Positions 10,406 through 20,400 of a DNA stretch of 41,614 bases are shown in pieces. The notes beneath the pieces are model-generated. The model was given only the letters and a program-made list of their open reading frames with translations, was not told the origin of the DNA and did not search any database. The DNA comes from an uncultured Clostridia bacterium. Lineage in GTDB: Bacteria; Bacillota; Clostridia; TANB77; CAG-508. The position numbers and the translations under genes are program-made. Each line of letters starts with the position of its first letter. Within the stretch, counting starts at the first letter, position 1. The stretch covers positions 1 through 41,614 of the forward strand of contig CANQRI010000002.1 in assembly GCA_947626235.1 (NCBI GenBank). Direction: 5' to 3'.

Positions 10406-11437
10406 CTACTTTCTTTTTCTTGATGTTGTTAATACACTTCTTAATTTTTCTAAATCTTCTACTGTTTTTTGAGTTCCTTGTACCACACTTTCTAATGGGT
10501 TTTCTGTTATATATACTGGCATTCCTGTACATAAGCTAAGTAATTTGTCGAAATTTTGTATTAGAGCTCCTCCACCTGTTAAAATAATTCCCCTTTGAGC
10601 TATATCTGATGAAAGCTCTGGTGGAGTTTTTTCAATTGTTTGCTTTACACTTTCTACTATTTCCATTATTGAATCTTGTATTGCTGCTTGAATTTGTGAT
10701 GAATACACTGTTATATTTTTTGGAAGACCTGTTGCTAAATCTATTCCTCTTACTTGCATTGATGTATCTGTTACTAAAGGCATTGCACACCCTAATGTCA
10801 TTTTTATTTGTTCTGCTGTTGATTCACCTATTGCTAAATTTAATTCTTTCCTAATATAGTTTAAAATATCTTCATCTAGCTCATCTCCAGCTATTCTTAT
10901 AGAGCCACTTACTACTATTCCACCTAATGATATAACTGCTACTTCTGTTGTTCCACCACCTATGTCTACTATTATATTTCCTGTTGGCTCTGCTACATCT
11001 ATATTTGAACCGATTGCAGCCGCCATTGGTTCTTCTATTAAATATACCTCTTTTGCACCTGCTTGTAATACAGATTCCTCAACTGCCCTTTCTTCTACTT
11101 CTGTAATTCCTGATGGAACTCCCACAACTATTCTTGGTCTGGCTATTCTATATTTTTGACATACTTTTTTTATAAGCGTTTTTAGCATTAAACCCGTTGC
11201 CAAAAAATCTGCAATAACTCCATCTTTTAATGGTCTTATTGCTTTTATATCTGCTGGCGTTCTTCCTAACATTTCTTTTGCCTCATAACCTGTCGCCAAA
11301 ATTTCCTCTGTTTTCGCATCTATTGCTATAACAGATGGCTCGTTTAATACTATACCCTTTCCTTTTATTGCTATTAATGTATTTGCTGTTCCTAAATCTA
11401 TTCCTATGTCTCTATTTTTTACTGGTATTAAGTTCAT
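10406..11437 (-). CDS. mreB: rod shape-determining actin homolog MreB
   Basis: IGIDLGTANT, EEPMAAAIG, DIGGGTTE, LTGGGA motifs. Confidence 0.97.
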   Translation of the reverse strand: MNLIPVKNRDIGIDLGTANTLIAIKGKGIVLNEPSVIAIDAKTEEILATGYEAKEMLGRTPADIKAIRPLKDGVIADFLATGLMLKTLIKKVCQKYRIARPRIVVGVPSGITEVEERAVEESVLQAGAKEVYLIEEPMAAAIGSNIDVAEPTGNIIVDIGGGTTEVAVISLGGIVVSGSIRIAGDELDEDILNYIRKELNLAIGESTAEQIKMTLGCAMPLVTDTSMQVRGIDLATGLPKNITVYSSQIQAAIQDSIMEIVESVKQTIEKTPPELSSDIAQRGIILTGGGALIQNFDKLLSLCTGMPVYITENPLESVVQGTQKTVEDLEKLRSVLTTSRKRK

Positions 11438-11522
11438 TTGAGTTTCAGTCCTTTCTTGCTTTACTTAAAATTTTAAGTTACTTATTTTTTATTTTAAGTT
11501 GTCAATTGCCTTAATTAATTTA

Positions 11523-12305
11523 TCAACTGTTTTTATTGACTATAGATTCTTTTTGCGATTTATTTTTCATAATATCAATTATGCTCTCGTACTTATTATC
11601 GCCAATTACTATGTGGTCAAGTAGTTGTATTCCCAAGACAAAAGCCACTTTCGAAATAGTTTGTGTCATTGCTATATCAGTTTTACTTGGTGTTGGATCT
11701 CCACTCGGGTGATTATGTACTAATATTATTTTAGATATTCCCATTTTTATTGGCTCTATAAGCACATCTTTTGGGTTGAGCACTGCCTGAGATGTTGTTC
11801 CCGTAGTAATATCGACAATTTTTTGCATTTCATTTTTTGAATTTAACATCACTAATTTTACAATTTCTCTTTTTTCATATTTCATTTCTTCCATTAGCAA
11901 GTTTGCTACATCTTTGGCAGTATTTATTTTTATATTTAACACATCTATCGGCCTTGACATTCTTTTTGCCAACTCACATACAGCTTTTAGTTGTATTGCT
12001 TTTACTCTACCTATCCCTTTTATTTTCATGAGCTCTTGTAAAGATATATCTTGTAAAAATCTTAAATTTTCACATTTCCCTGCGTTTTCTTCTTTTTTTA
12101 ATGTTTCATTTTGTTTTTCTTTTTTTAAATTTCCATCATTTAAAGAAAGAATTCTTTGTGCTAAACTTATAGAAGTTTCTTCTTTTGTTCCTGTTTTTAT
12201 TATTATTGCCAATAATTCTGAATTTGATAGCATATTTGCACCATACATTTCTAATTTTTCATATGGCCTTTCTGAATTTGGCAATTGCTTTATTTTCATT
12301 GACAT
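11523..12305 (-). CDS. radC: RadC family JAB-domain protein
   Basis: ERPYEKL...LSNSELLAII, IKGIGRVKA HhH, HNHPSGDPTPS..D JAMM motif, LLDHIVIG. Confidence 0.95.
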   Translation of the reverse strand: MSMKIKQLPNSERPYEKLEMYGANMLSNSELLAIIIKTGTKEETSISLAQRILSLNDGNLKKEKQNETLKKEENAGKCENLRFLQDISLQELMKIKGIGRVKAIQLKAVCELAKRMSRPIDVLNIKINTAKDVANLLMEEMKYEKREIVKLVMLNSKNEMQKIVDITTGTTSQAVLNPKDVLIEPIKMGISKIILVHNHPSGDPTPSKTDIAMTQTISKVAFVLGIQLLDHIVIGDNKYESIIDIMKNKSQKESIVNKNS

Positions 12306-12379
12306 ACCTAAGTCCTTTCTTAGGCCCTGTTTTTTGAAATCCTCTTTCTTTATTATTTCTTTTGCTTTTATTTTAATTA

Positions 12380-12637
12380 CTAAATTTTTCTATATACAAA
12401 TATAGCAATAAGCACACCTATTATACTTGCTATGTTTATATGTACCATAAGCCCAAATGTTATTTCTATAATATTTAGATTTAAAACCACTGGGTTTGAT
12501 AACCCAAAACTTTGACCATATGATAACCAATTTAAATAACTAACATCTTTTGTTAATTCTCCTAATAAACCTCCTATTACTAGCCCTGATAATATAAATA
12601 AAATTAATATCCATATATTTTTTTCTCTTGTTGCCAT
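12380..12637 (-). CDS. DUF4321-like small membrane protein
   Basis: GAGGT RBS before ATG 12637 (MATREKNIW...); WLSYGQSFGL..P..LNL motif; usual position upstream of radC-mreB in Clostridia. Confidence 0.8.
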   Translation of the reverse strand: MATREKNIWILILFILSGLVIGGLLGELTKDVSYLNWLSYGQSFGLSNPVVLNLNIIEITFGLMVHINIASIIGVLIAIFVYRKI

Positions 12638-12674
12638 ATTTATTACCTCTTTTCTTACGATTTTAACTTGTATT

Positions 12675-12703
12675 ATTATATATTCTTTTTGCGTTTTTTT
12701 CAA
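12675..12703 (-). promoter_or_regulatory. sigA-type promoter of DUF4321-radC-mre operon
   Basis: TTGAAA-17 nt-TATAAT. Confidence 0.65.
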
Positions 12704-12782
12704 GTTATTTCAGCATAATTTATTATATTTGAAATTATATTTCTTTCCTTTTGCTTTATATTATCTTTTATATTGCTCCAAT

Positions 12783-12819
12783 ATAAAAGTAACCTTACGG
12801 AAATAGTATTTTGCTGAAA
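12783..12819. repeat. direct repeat copy 1 (TAACCTTACGGAAATA core), putative recombination site
   Basis: 12783-12813 matches 26287-26317 at 28/31 nt; TTACGGAAATA-N9-TGAAA also matches 26196-26220. Confidence 0.65.
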
Positions 12820-12821
12820 AT

Positions 12822-12877
12822 TGAAATGAACCCAATTTGTTAGACAAAAAAAGTTTAACAAGGAGGGTTCTTTTATG
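12822..12877 (+). mobile_element. solitary IS3/IS150-like left end remnant (hairpin may serve as Rpn terminator)
   Basis: TGAAATGAACCCAATTTGTTAGACA followed by inverted copy GTTTAACAAGGAGGGTTC, RBS and ATG, the layout of IS150-group left ends; no transposase follows. Confidence 0.5.
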
Positions 12878-12915
12878 TTTGTATTTTATTTAAATAATAA
12901 TTTACTTTGTATTTT

Positions 12916-13239
12916 TTATGCACTAGCAAGCTCTGCTTTTAGCTTTTCTATTTCTTCTTCTTTTAATTTTGTTACTTTTGCTATTTTATCTATTTCAATT
13001 TGTTCTTTTAACATTTCTTTGGCTACATATATAATTCCTTCTCTACTTCCTTCTAGTCTACCACGCCTTTCTCCACGTTCTTCTCCAAGCTTAATTCCAC
13101 GTTTTTCTCCACGCTCTTCTCCAAGCTTAATTCCACGTTTTTCTCCACGCTCTTCTCCTCTTTTTTCGCCTCGTTTCTCACTTTCCTCAATTAATTTTCT
13201 TCTTTCTTCCATTAAATTCGTCATTAACATTCCTGCCAT
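12916..13239 (-). CDS. putative internally translated small Rpn C-terminal protein (RpnS-like antitoxin, 107 aa)
   Basis: In-frame ATG at 13239 preceded by AAGGAGG with 8-nt spacing, at the start of the C-terminal helical/repeat region. Confidence 0.6.
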   Translation of the reverse strand: MAGMLMTNLMEERRKLIEESEKRGEKRGEERGEKRGIKLGEERGEKRGIKLGEERGERRGRLEGSREGIIYVAKEMLKEQIEIDKIAKVTKLKEEEIEKLKAELASA

Positions 13240-14037
13240 AGTATTTTCCTCCTTTTTCAATTTATTTAATAATATTTGAGTTTCTTCTTGTCCTATTATT
13301 GGTCTTAATATGTATTGTATAATCCTTCTTATTTTTTCTTTGTCTTTTTCCTCTTTTGTTGCGCCTATTACTCCTTCTAATGTTTCTATTAATTCTTCTT
13401 CTGTTTTGCATTTTTCTATTGCCATTGCCTTTTCTACCATACTTTCTCCATTTACTAATTCTTCTATTTTATAATCATGTATATCTACTAAATTATATAT
13501 ACTATTAGTTACTGCTGTTCCGTAATAAAATTCATTGTCTGATATCTTCTTATATTCTTTTTCTGCATTCCATTTTTCATTTCCTGTATATAACACTATT
13601 AGCACTACTTCTGGACATTTATATTTACTACTTTTTGCTTTTTCTTGATTCATTGCACTTCTCATTATTTCTACTGAATATTCTAACATTCTATATGGCA
13701 TTAATGCATCTACATATGATTGATGCTCTATTAATATAAATGTATTTGTGTTTTTTATTTTATACACTATGTCTGATTCCCTATTTTTATATTCTTTCGT
13801 TATATAACTATTACTATATTTTTCTATGTCTCCACTTTTTAACTTCTTCTGACTTTTTAAAAATTTATTTATAAATTTTACTGCTTCTTCTTCATCTGAT
13901 AATAAATCTCTAAATATTTTATCATGTGCATTATCTAATTTTTCGTCATAGTAATATTCTGCGCTATCTTCATGTACTTCAATTTTATTTCTTAAATTTA
14001 TATACTGTAAACACATTTCATACGTTAATATTTTCAT
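12916..14037 (-). CDS. Rpn family recombination-promoting nuclease / PD-(D/E)XK putative transposase
   Basis: HDKIFRDLL, RESDIVY, LIEHQS, MPYRMLEY, IVLYTG..W motifs; C-terminal GExRG repeats and AKEML..IAKVTKL tail. Confidence 0.92.
   Translation of the reverse strand: MKILTYEMCLQYINLRNKIEVHEDSAEYYYDEKLDNAHDKIFRDLLSDEEEAVKFINKFLKSQKKLKSGDIEKYSNSYITKEYKNRESDIVYKIKNTNTFILIEHQSYVDALMPYRMLEYSVEIMRSAMNQEKAKSSKYKCPEVVLIVLYTGNEKWNAEKEYKKISDNEFYYGTAVTNSIYNLVDIHDYKIEELVNGESMVEKAMAIEKCKTEEELIETLEGVIGATKEEKDKEKIRRIIQYILRPIIGQEETQILLNKLKKEENTMAGMLMTNLMEERRKLIEESEKRGEKRGEERGEKRGIKLGEERGEKRGIKLGEERGERRGRLEGSREGIIYVAKEMLKEQIEIDKIAKVTKLKEEEIEKLKAELASA
13070..13158 (-). repeat. 36-bp tandem repeat (~2.5 copies) in Rpn C-terminus
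   Basis: TCTCCACGYTCTTCTCCAAGCTTAATTCCACGTTTT at 13070, 13106, partial at 13142; encodes GEERGEKRGIKL. Confidence 0.9.
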
Positions 14038-14052
14038 TTTCTTCCTCCTTTT

Positions 14053-14081
14053 ATTATAATATTTTGCAATTTTTAAGTCAA
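14053..14081 (-). promoter_or_regulatory. sigA-type promoter directly upstream of Rpn RBS
   Basis: TTGACT-17 nt-TATAAT followed by AAAAGGAGG and ATG. Confidence 0.65.
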
Positions 14082-14270
14082 ACTTTATTTATAGGTATAT
14101 ATGTTGTATAAAACGATTCTGACGTCTTTCTTATGTTTTTTCTTTATATTTGGAATTTTTTTAGATTTTTTGATTTTAATTTGTTTCAACTTTTTGAATT
14201 TAGTTTGATTAAACCTTTTAGCCCGACATAATTGTTAACTTTGAAAATTAATAATTTTATTTATGTATAC

Positions 14271-14299
14271 TTTATATCATGTGTAAATGCTTTTGTCAA
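14271..14299 (-). promoter_or_regulatory. near-consensus sigA promoter ~230 nt upstream of Rpn
   Basis: TTGACA-17 nt-TATAAA with extended -10 TG. Confidence 0.55.
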
Positions 14300-14395
14300 C
14301 AAAAACTTTTCTCCATTTTTCGCTATTTTTCGGCATTTTTATAATATATTGCATATATAAAAAGTGTGCTTCTTGTTTGTTCTTAAACAAAAATA

Positions 14396-14464
14396 ACAGA
14401 CATTAGTGTTCGTTCTTCGAATACTAACGTCCGTCCCTAAATTCCGGAATTTTAGAACCGTCCC
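14396..14464 (-). repeat. REP-like element family A, copy 1 (core plus hairpin), overlaps stop codon of giant CDS
   Basis: Minus strand GGGACGGTTCTAAAATTCCGGAATTTAGGGACGGACGTT then hairpin closing at AATGTCTGT. Confidence 0.9.
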
Positions 14465-17400
14465 TATATTACTCTTTTATAATAGTCTAAGCTTTCGCCT
14501 TCTATTGCTTGCTCTTCTACAGTATATTCTATCTCTTCTCCTGTTTCAGCATCATATTTTGGTAAATCTGTAAATATATGTGTCCAGTTGTTTTTACTGT
14601 TTAATTCACATTGTGCAATTGGTTCTTCTTGTTGTGCTTGTCCTGCTTTTACTTTTCTTACATAGATTTTTATTGCTGTTGGTCTTTCAGTAGTGTTGTT
14701 TCCATGTTCCCATGTTTTTGTTACTTTTATGTTCTTTACAAATTTTGCTGTTGTAGTATATGGTACTTCCTCTGTTTCTTCAGTTTGTTCCGTCGTATTT
14801 AGTTCTATTTTTCCTTTTACTGTGTTTGTGAATTCTGTACTTGTTTGAGCTGTGCTTATTCCATTGAAGATTACTGTTATGTTCTTTTCTATTTCTATGG
14901 TTCTTGGTGTGTTATCTGTAAAGGTGTTTATATTTGGTACCGTTTCGGTCCACGTTATTTCTCTTGTTTCATCATCATATTTTCCTCCATTTAAAAGTTT
15001 CTCTATCCAGTCATTTTCAGAAGAATTTACTCCTTTAATCTTTTTCATTGCATCTTGATCTAAATTATATGGCAATGTGTCTGTTATTGTTACTTTTGCG
15101 TTTCCTTCATAATTGTTTATTTGGGCTGTGTATTTTATTTTATAATGTACTTCTTCTTCTTTTGATGTTATTATTTGAGTTCCCTCTTTTGTTATATTAC
15201 TTTCTATATAGGCATTATCTGTAGCATAATAGTAATTTACTTCTGTTAATCCCTTTTTCATTATTCCACTACTATTTGATGGCTCTTCAAATAATTTATA
15301 CCCAGGCTGTAAATCAATAGCTACTTCAGTTCCATACAAGTCTCCTGCTTTTCCTTTCATATTTACGTCTTCTATTTCCGCACCACTTGATGAATGTACT
15401 TTTGTTTGCGTATATTCTTCATCAAATTTATCATAAATATAATGATGTACTACTACTTCTGCTTCCGCTTTTTCAAATTCTACAACTACTTCTTGATTTT
15501 GCTTTATGTTGTCTATTGTGTTTAATGTTATATTTCCTTGCTCATCTTTTGTATATTCATTTTCTTCTAATATTCTTTCATTTATTTTTATAGTTTTTAC
15601 TTGATAATCTTGTTCTGGCGTTATTGTTATTTCTCTCTTATTACTTTCGCCATATTCTACTGTCTCATATGGTCTCTCTCCTTCTCCCAAAATGCTTCCG
15701 CCTTTTACTTCTATTAATGTAGGTTCTTTTGCATTTTCATCTTCTTCCATGTGTGTTTGTACTTTGGTTGTTATTTCATATGTTTTTACTCTATATTCAT
15801 ATGTTACTTCTACTTTTGGATATTCATAATTTCCAGTTGCATTTTCTGGTGCTTCTAATGCCTCATATTTTTCGTCTAATTCTTCATTTGATATAACTTG
15901 GGTTGTATATCCAGTACCTTCATTTCCACTTGTTACTATATCTGATATTTCTTCTCCGTTCTTGTTTAATACTTTATTGGTTGTTCCTTCTATATAATGA
16001 TGTACTATTAGTGGAATTGGTCTTTTCGTATAGTAATAAGTTACTACTACCTCTTCTACTCCTGGTTCATAAGTACCTTTTGCATTTAATGGTATGTCAT
16101 AATCTTGCATTTCTTCTCCTGATACTTCTTCCTTTTTAGCTAATTCATATCTTTCCAAATTTGTCTTTGGTTTTGTTTCATATTCTTCTCCAGTTTTTCC
16201 TATATACTTTTCATCTTCTGCTACTTTTACCAATTGCATTCCTTCTTTGTCCGTTCCTTTTTCATAATGATGCACTATTAATACTGGTTTTTTATTATTT
16301 GTTAATTCTAATTTGTTTTCCGCTCCTTCTAACATTGTATATGAGTGTGTTTCAGTTGATAGTTCATATCCTTCTGGAGCTTCTATTTCTGTTATAACAT
16401 ATTTTGCTGTAGGCGTTATAGGTAAATCAGCAAAAGCTTGTCCTAAATTATCTGTAATGACTTCTGTTTTATATAAATCATTATCTACTAGCTCAATATT
16501 ATTTATAATAAATTGATCTTTTCCTTCATTTTTTTGACTATTTTTATAATATCCTAAATGCAAATAATATTGTTTATTCCCTTCTAATACTATAGAATAG
16601 TCTTTTGCTTCTTTTTCTCCTGAAATATATATAAACCTTTTATCTGAATACTGATAAGTGCCAACTCTATCTGTTTTATCTGATATTGTAGCATAACCCA
16701 TATCATTTTCATCACTTGATATTTCTGCATTTACTATCAATCTATAGTTTCCAGTATATCCCTGTAAATTTATTGGTATATATGAATATGATACTGTACT
16801 TGCTCTACCAGCATTGGTTGATACATATTTTTTAGTTGTATTCATATCTTCATCTGTCATATTTTTTGTCTCAAAATCATATCGCTCAACTATAGCTTTA
16901 TATACATTTATACTATTTATTATGAATTGGTCTGTTCCTGCATCTGTATTCTCATTTTTATAATAACCAAAATGTAAGTAATATTCACTATTTCCATCTA
17001 GTATGATTTCATAATCTTGTGCTTTTCTCTCACCAGAAATATATACAAATCTTTTTGAAGTATTCTCATTATATTTCACTCTATCTTTTGTATTAGTTAC
17101 TGTTACATATCCATAATCATAATTTTCACTTGATATTTCTGCATTTACTCTTAATACTACTTGCCCATCTGTTTTGATATTAATTGGTATATATGAATTT
17201 GAAACAGTACCTGCTTCTCCTTGGTTTGTTGATACATATCTTTTTCTTTTTAATCCATCTTCACTATCTGAATCTGTTATTTCTTCTGTTGTAAAATTAT
17301 ACGTTGCTACTTTCGTTTTATATGTTTTTATACTATTTATTCTAAATACATTTTCTGATGTAGTTGAATCATATTGATTCCTATATCCCAAATGTAAATA

Positions 17401-20400
17401 ATATAAACTTCCTCCTTGTAATATTGTTTTATAATTCTGTGCTTCTTTTTCTCCATACACATATATAAATCTTCCATCGCTATCGCTGTATTGTGGTGGA
17501 GTTGTGTCATTTACTTTTATTGTTGCGTATCCATAATTACTACTTGATCCAGATATTTGTGCATTTACTACTACAGCTATGTTTTCTGTTTCTTCTTTGT
17601 CTCTTAAATCTATAGGTATGCATGAATTGGCTACTGTTTTTATTTGATCTTTATTATTTGATTCGTATACATTATTGTTCACTTCAAAGAAATATTTACC
17701 AGATATAACTTCGTATAATTTCATAGAATTTATTAATACCGCATCTGCCGAGTCGTCTGAGGATTGATTCTTTTTATATAATAAATGCAAATAATATGTA
17801 TTATTTCCATCTAGTACTGCTGATATATAATTTTCATCTTGTTTCCATCCTGTTATTTCCATAAATTTACCTGATTCAGAAGTACTTGGTTCATCTGTAT
17901 TATTCGTTATAATTGCATATGCATAATCTCCATAATCATTTGATATTCTTGCATTTATTACTACTACTGCTTTTCCATCATAACTACTCAAATCTATTGG
18001 GAAATATGAATGTGCTGTTGAATTTGGTATTCCTAATCTATTTGAACCATACGTCCTTCCATTTGTCGGTTCATATATTCCTTCCTCATTTCTTACAAAA
18101 TAATATTGTGGATCATCTTTTTTCTGTTCTTCCTTTAAAGCTCCTTTTATCTCTTTTTCCCAATTTACTTGCTCATATATTTCTCCATTATTACTAATTT
18201 CTCCTAATAGTCCCTGTATCTCTTCTTGCATATCTGGAACTATAAAGTCGTCTCCATTATCTTTTATATTCATATCTGCAATTACTTCTGTTGTTATGTC
18301 GTTTTCTTCATCTGCTACAGTGTATTCTTTTGCATTACTTTCTATATTGCCAATTACTCCATCTGTTAAACTTACTTTTCCTATTTGCTCTATTTTAAAT
18401 TTAGCACCTGCTAATGGCGTTTTTCCATCATTATCCTTTTTGCTTATTAAAAATTTCGTATTTATTTGCGCAAAACTAGCAACTATATGTATATTTTCTT
18501 TTACATCACTAAATGGTGGGAAAGTATAACTTCCATCATCTTGTTTTTCAAATTGTATACTAACTCCATTTTTTGTTATTTTTGTTATTTCATATCCTTT
18601 TTTTGGCGTTATAGTTATTGTTTTATCTGTTGTTTCTCCATATTTTACTCTTTCATATGGATGCATATCTTCCCCTGAAATACTTCCTCCTTTTTGGCCA
18701 TTTATTTCCTCAATATCTGTTGTTATATCAAATTCTTTTATTTCATTTTGTATTGTTAATTCTTGCATTTCCTCTATTCCAACTTTTGCATCTACTTTAA
18801 ATATCATTGCATCTTTTTTTCCTCTGTTTGTATAATTAATATCTGAAGACATTTCTATTTTAAGGCTATCAAAATATCCTGCAAGTAAATATTCTCCATC
18901 TTCAGTTTCATCTACAGAACATATTACGTCATCTCCTCCTCTTCCAGATATTTGTTTTGTCCACTCTATTTTTCCATTTTCATCATATTTTACTATTATT
19001 CCATCACTAAGTCCATTTCCAAATGCTTTTTCGATATTCATCAAACCTATATTAATTACTGTTCCAGCTGAATAACCGGTTGCAACAAAGCCTCCATCAC
19101 TTGTTTGGGCTACTGATAACACTTCTTCATCCATATATGAATTTATTGGTCTTGCCCATTCTAACTTTCCTTCTTCATTATATTTTATAACTATTGCATC
19201 ACTTACTGTATAGGCCGAATATAATTTATCAACTATAACTTCATTTCCATTTATATCTTTTCCTAAATTAACATCCGAATTGTAATATCCTCCTATTACA
19301 TATCCACCATCACTAATTTCAGTTATCGAGGTCATATTTACATTAATATCTTTTAGCCACTGCACTTCACTATCTTTACTTATTTTAATTACAAAATTAG
19401 CTCTTTTATTGCCTATTTCTATATTATCTCCATTTTCGTCTTTTCCTAAATATATATTTCCTGAAGAGCTACCAATTACAACTATTCCACCATCTTTTGT
19501 TGTTGTCATTGAAGTTATATAATCTGCTCCCAATCCTCCTATTATTTTAGACCATTTATATTCTCCTTTATCGTCATATTTTATTATTATTCCATCAGTA
19601 TCACCGTTGCTATTTATTTTTGTATTTGGATCTAAATTAATATTTTCTTGAAAATATCCAGCTACTAATATTTCATTATTATCTGTAATTTTAACTGTAT
19701 TTAAACAATCATTTCCATTGTTTCCTATCGTTGTTGCCCATACTAATTCTCCATTTTCGTTATATTTTATTATCATTCCATCTAAAGATCCATTATTTCT
19801 TAATATTATATCCTCATTATTTATGTTTTCTCCTAAATCTATAGTATTACTTCTAAAACTACCTACAATTATATAGCCATCATCCATCTCTTCTATTGAG
19901 TATAATTTTTCTGTACCTGTTCCTCCTAGCACTTTTGCCCATTCTATTTCTTGTTTAGCATTATATTTTATTACCATTCCATCATAATTTCCATTATTAT
20001 TTAATTCTGTATTTTGTCCCAAACTTATGTTTGAACTGTTGAAATTACCTATAGCTATGCTTCCTCCATCTTTTGTTGATAATGCTTTAGTTAATTGGTC
20101 ATCCCCATTTTCTCCTATTCTTGCAGCATAAGTAGTTGTAACTTCTGGTAATTGCGCTTTTACATATTTAACAATAAGTGCATAATTTTCCGTTGATTCT
20201 TCTCTAGGTATTCCTATTCCTCCTCCATAAACAGATTGTCCTAAGTAAGCCTCTCCTCGTATTCCTCCTGCCATTATATAGCTCTCATCACTCAATTGTT
20301 TTAATGCCTTTATTCCTTTTAAACCATCAGTTCCAATTTGAATTCCCCATTCCAATTCATTTTTTTCATTAAATTTTATTATACACTCATCTTGTAATAA

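Noticed and set aside
12638-12703. TTG start at 12703 for DUF4321
   Set aside because: That TTG is the -35 box; RBS and ATG are at 12637.
12875-13279. Plus-strand 134-aa ORF with good RBS as an IS orfA
   Set aside because: After a few codons it is antisense to Rpn and shows no HTH/transposase features.
14452-14466. TAG readthrough or recoding extending the giant ORF
   Set aside because: In-frame TAA follows after GGA CGG TTC; TAG also ends minC, mreB, mrdA and tatD at plausible positions.
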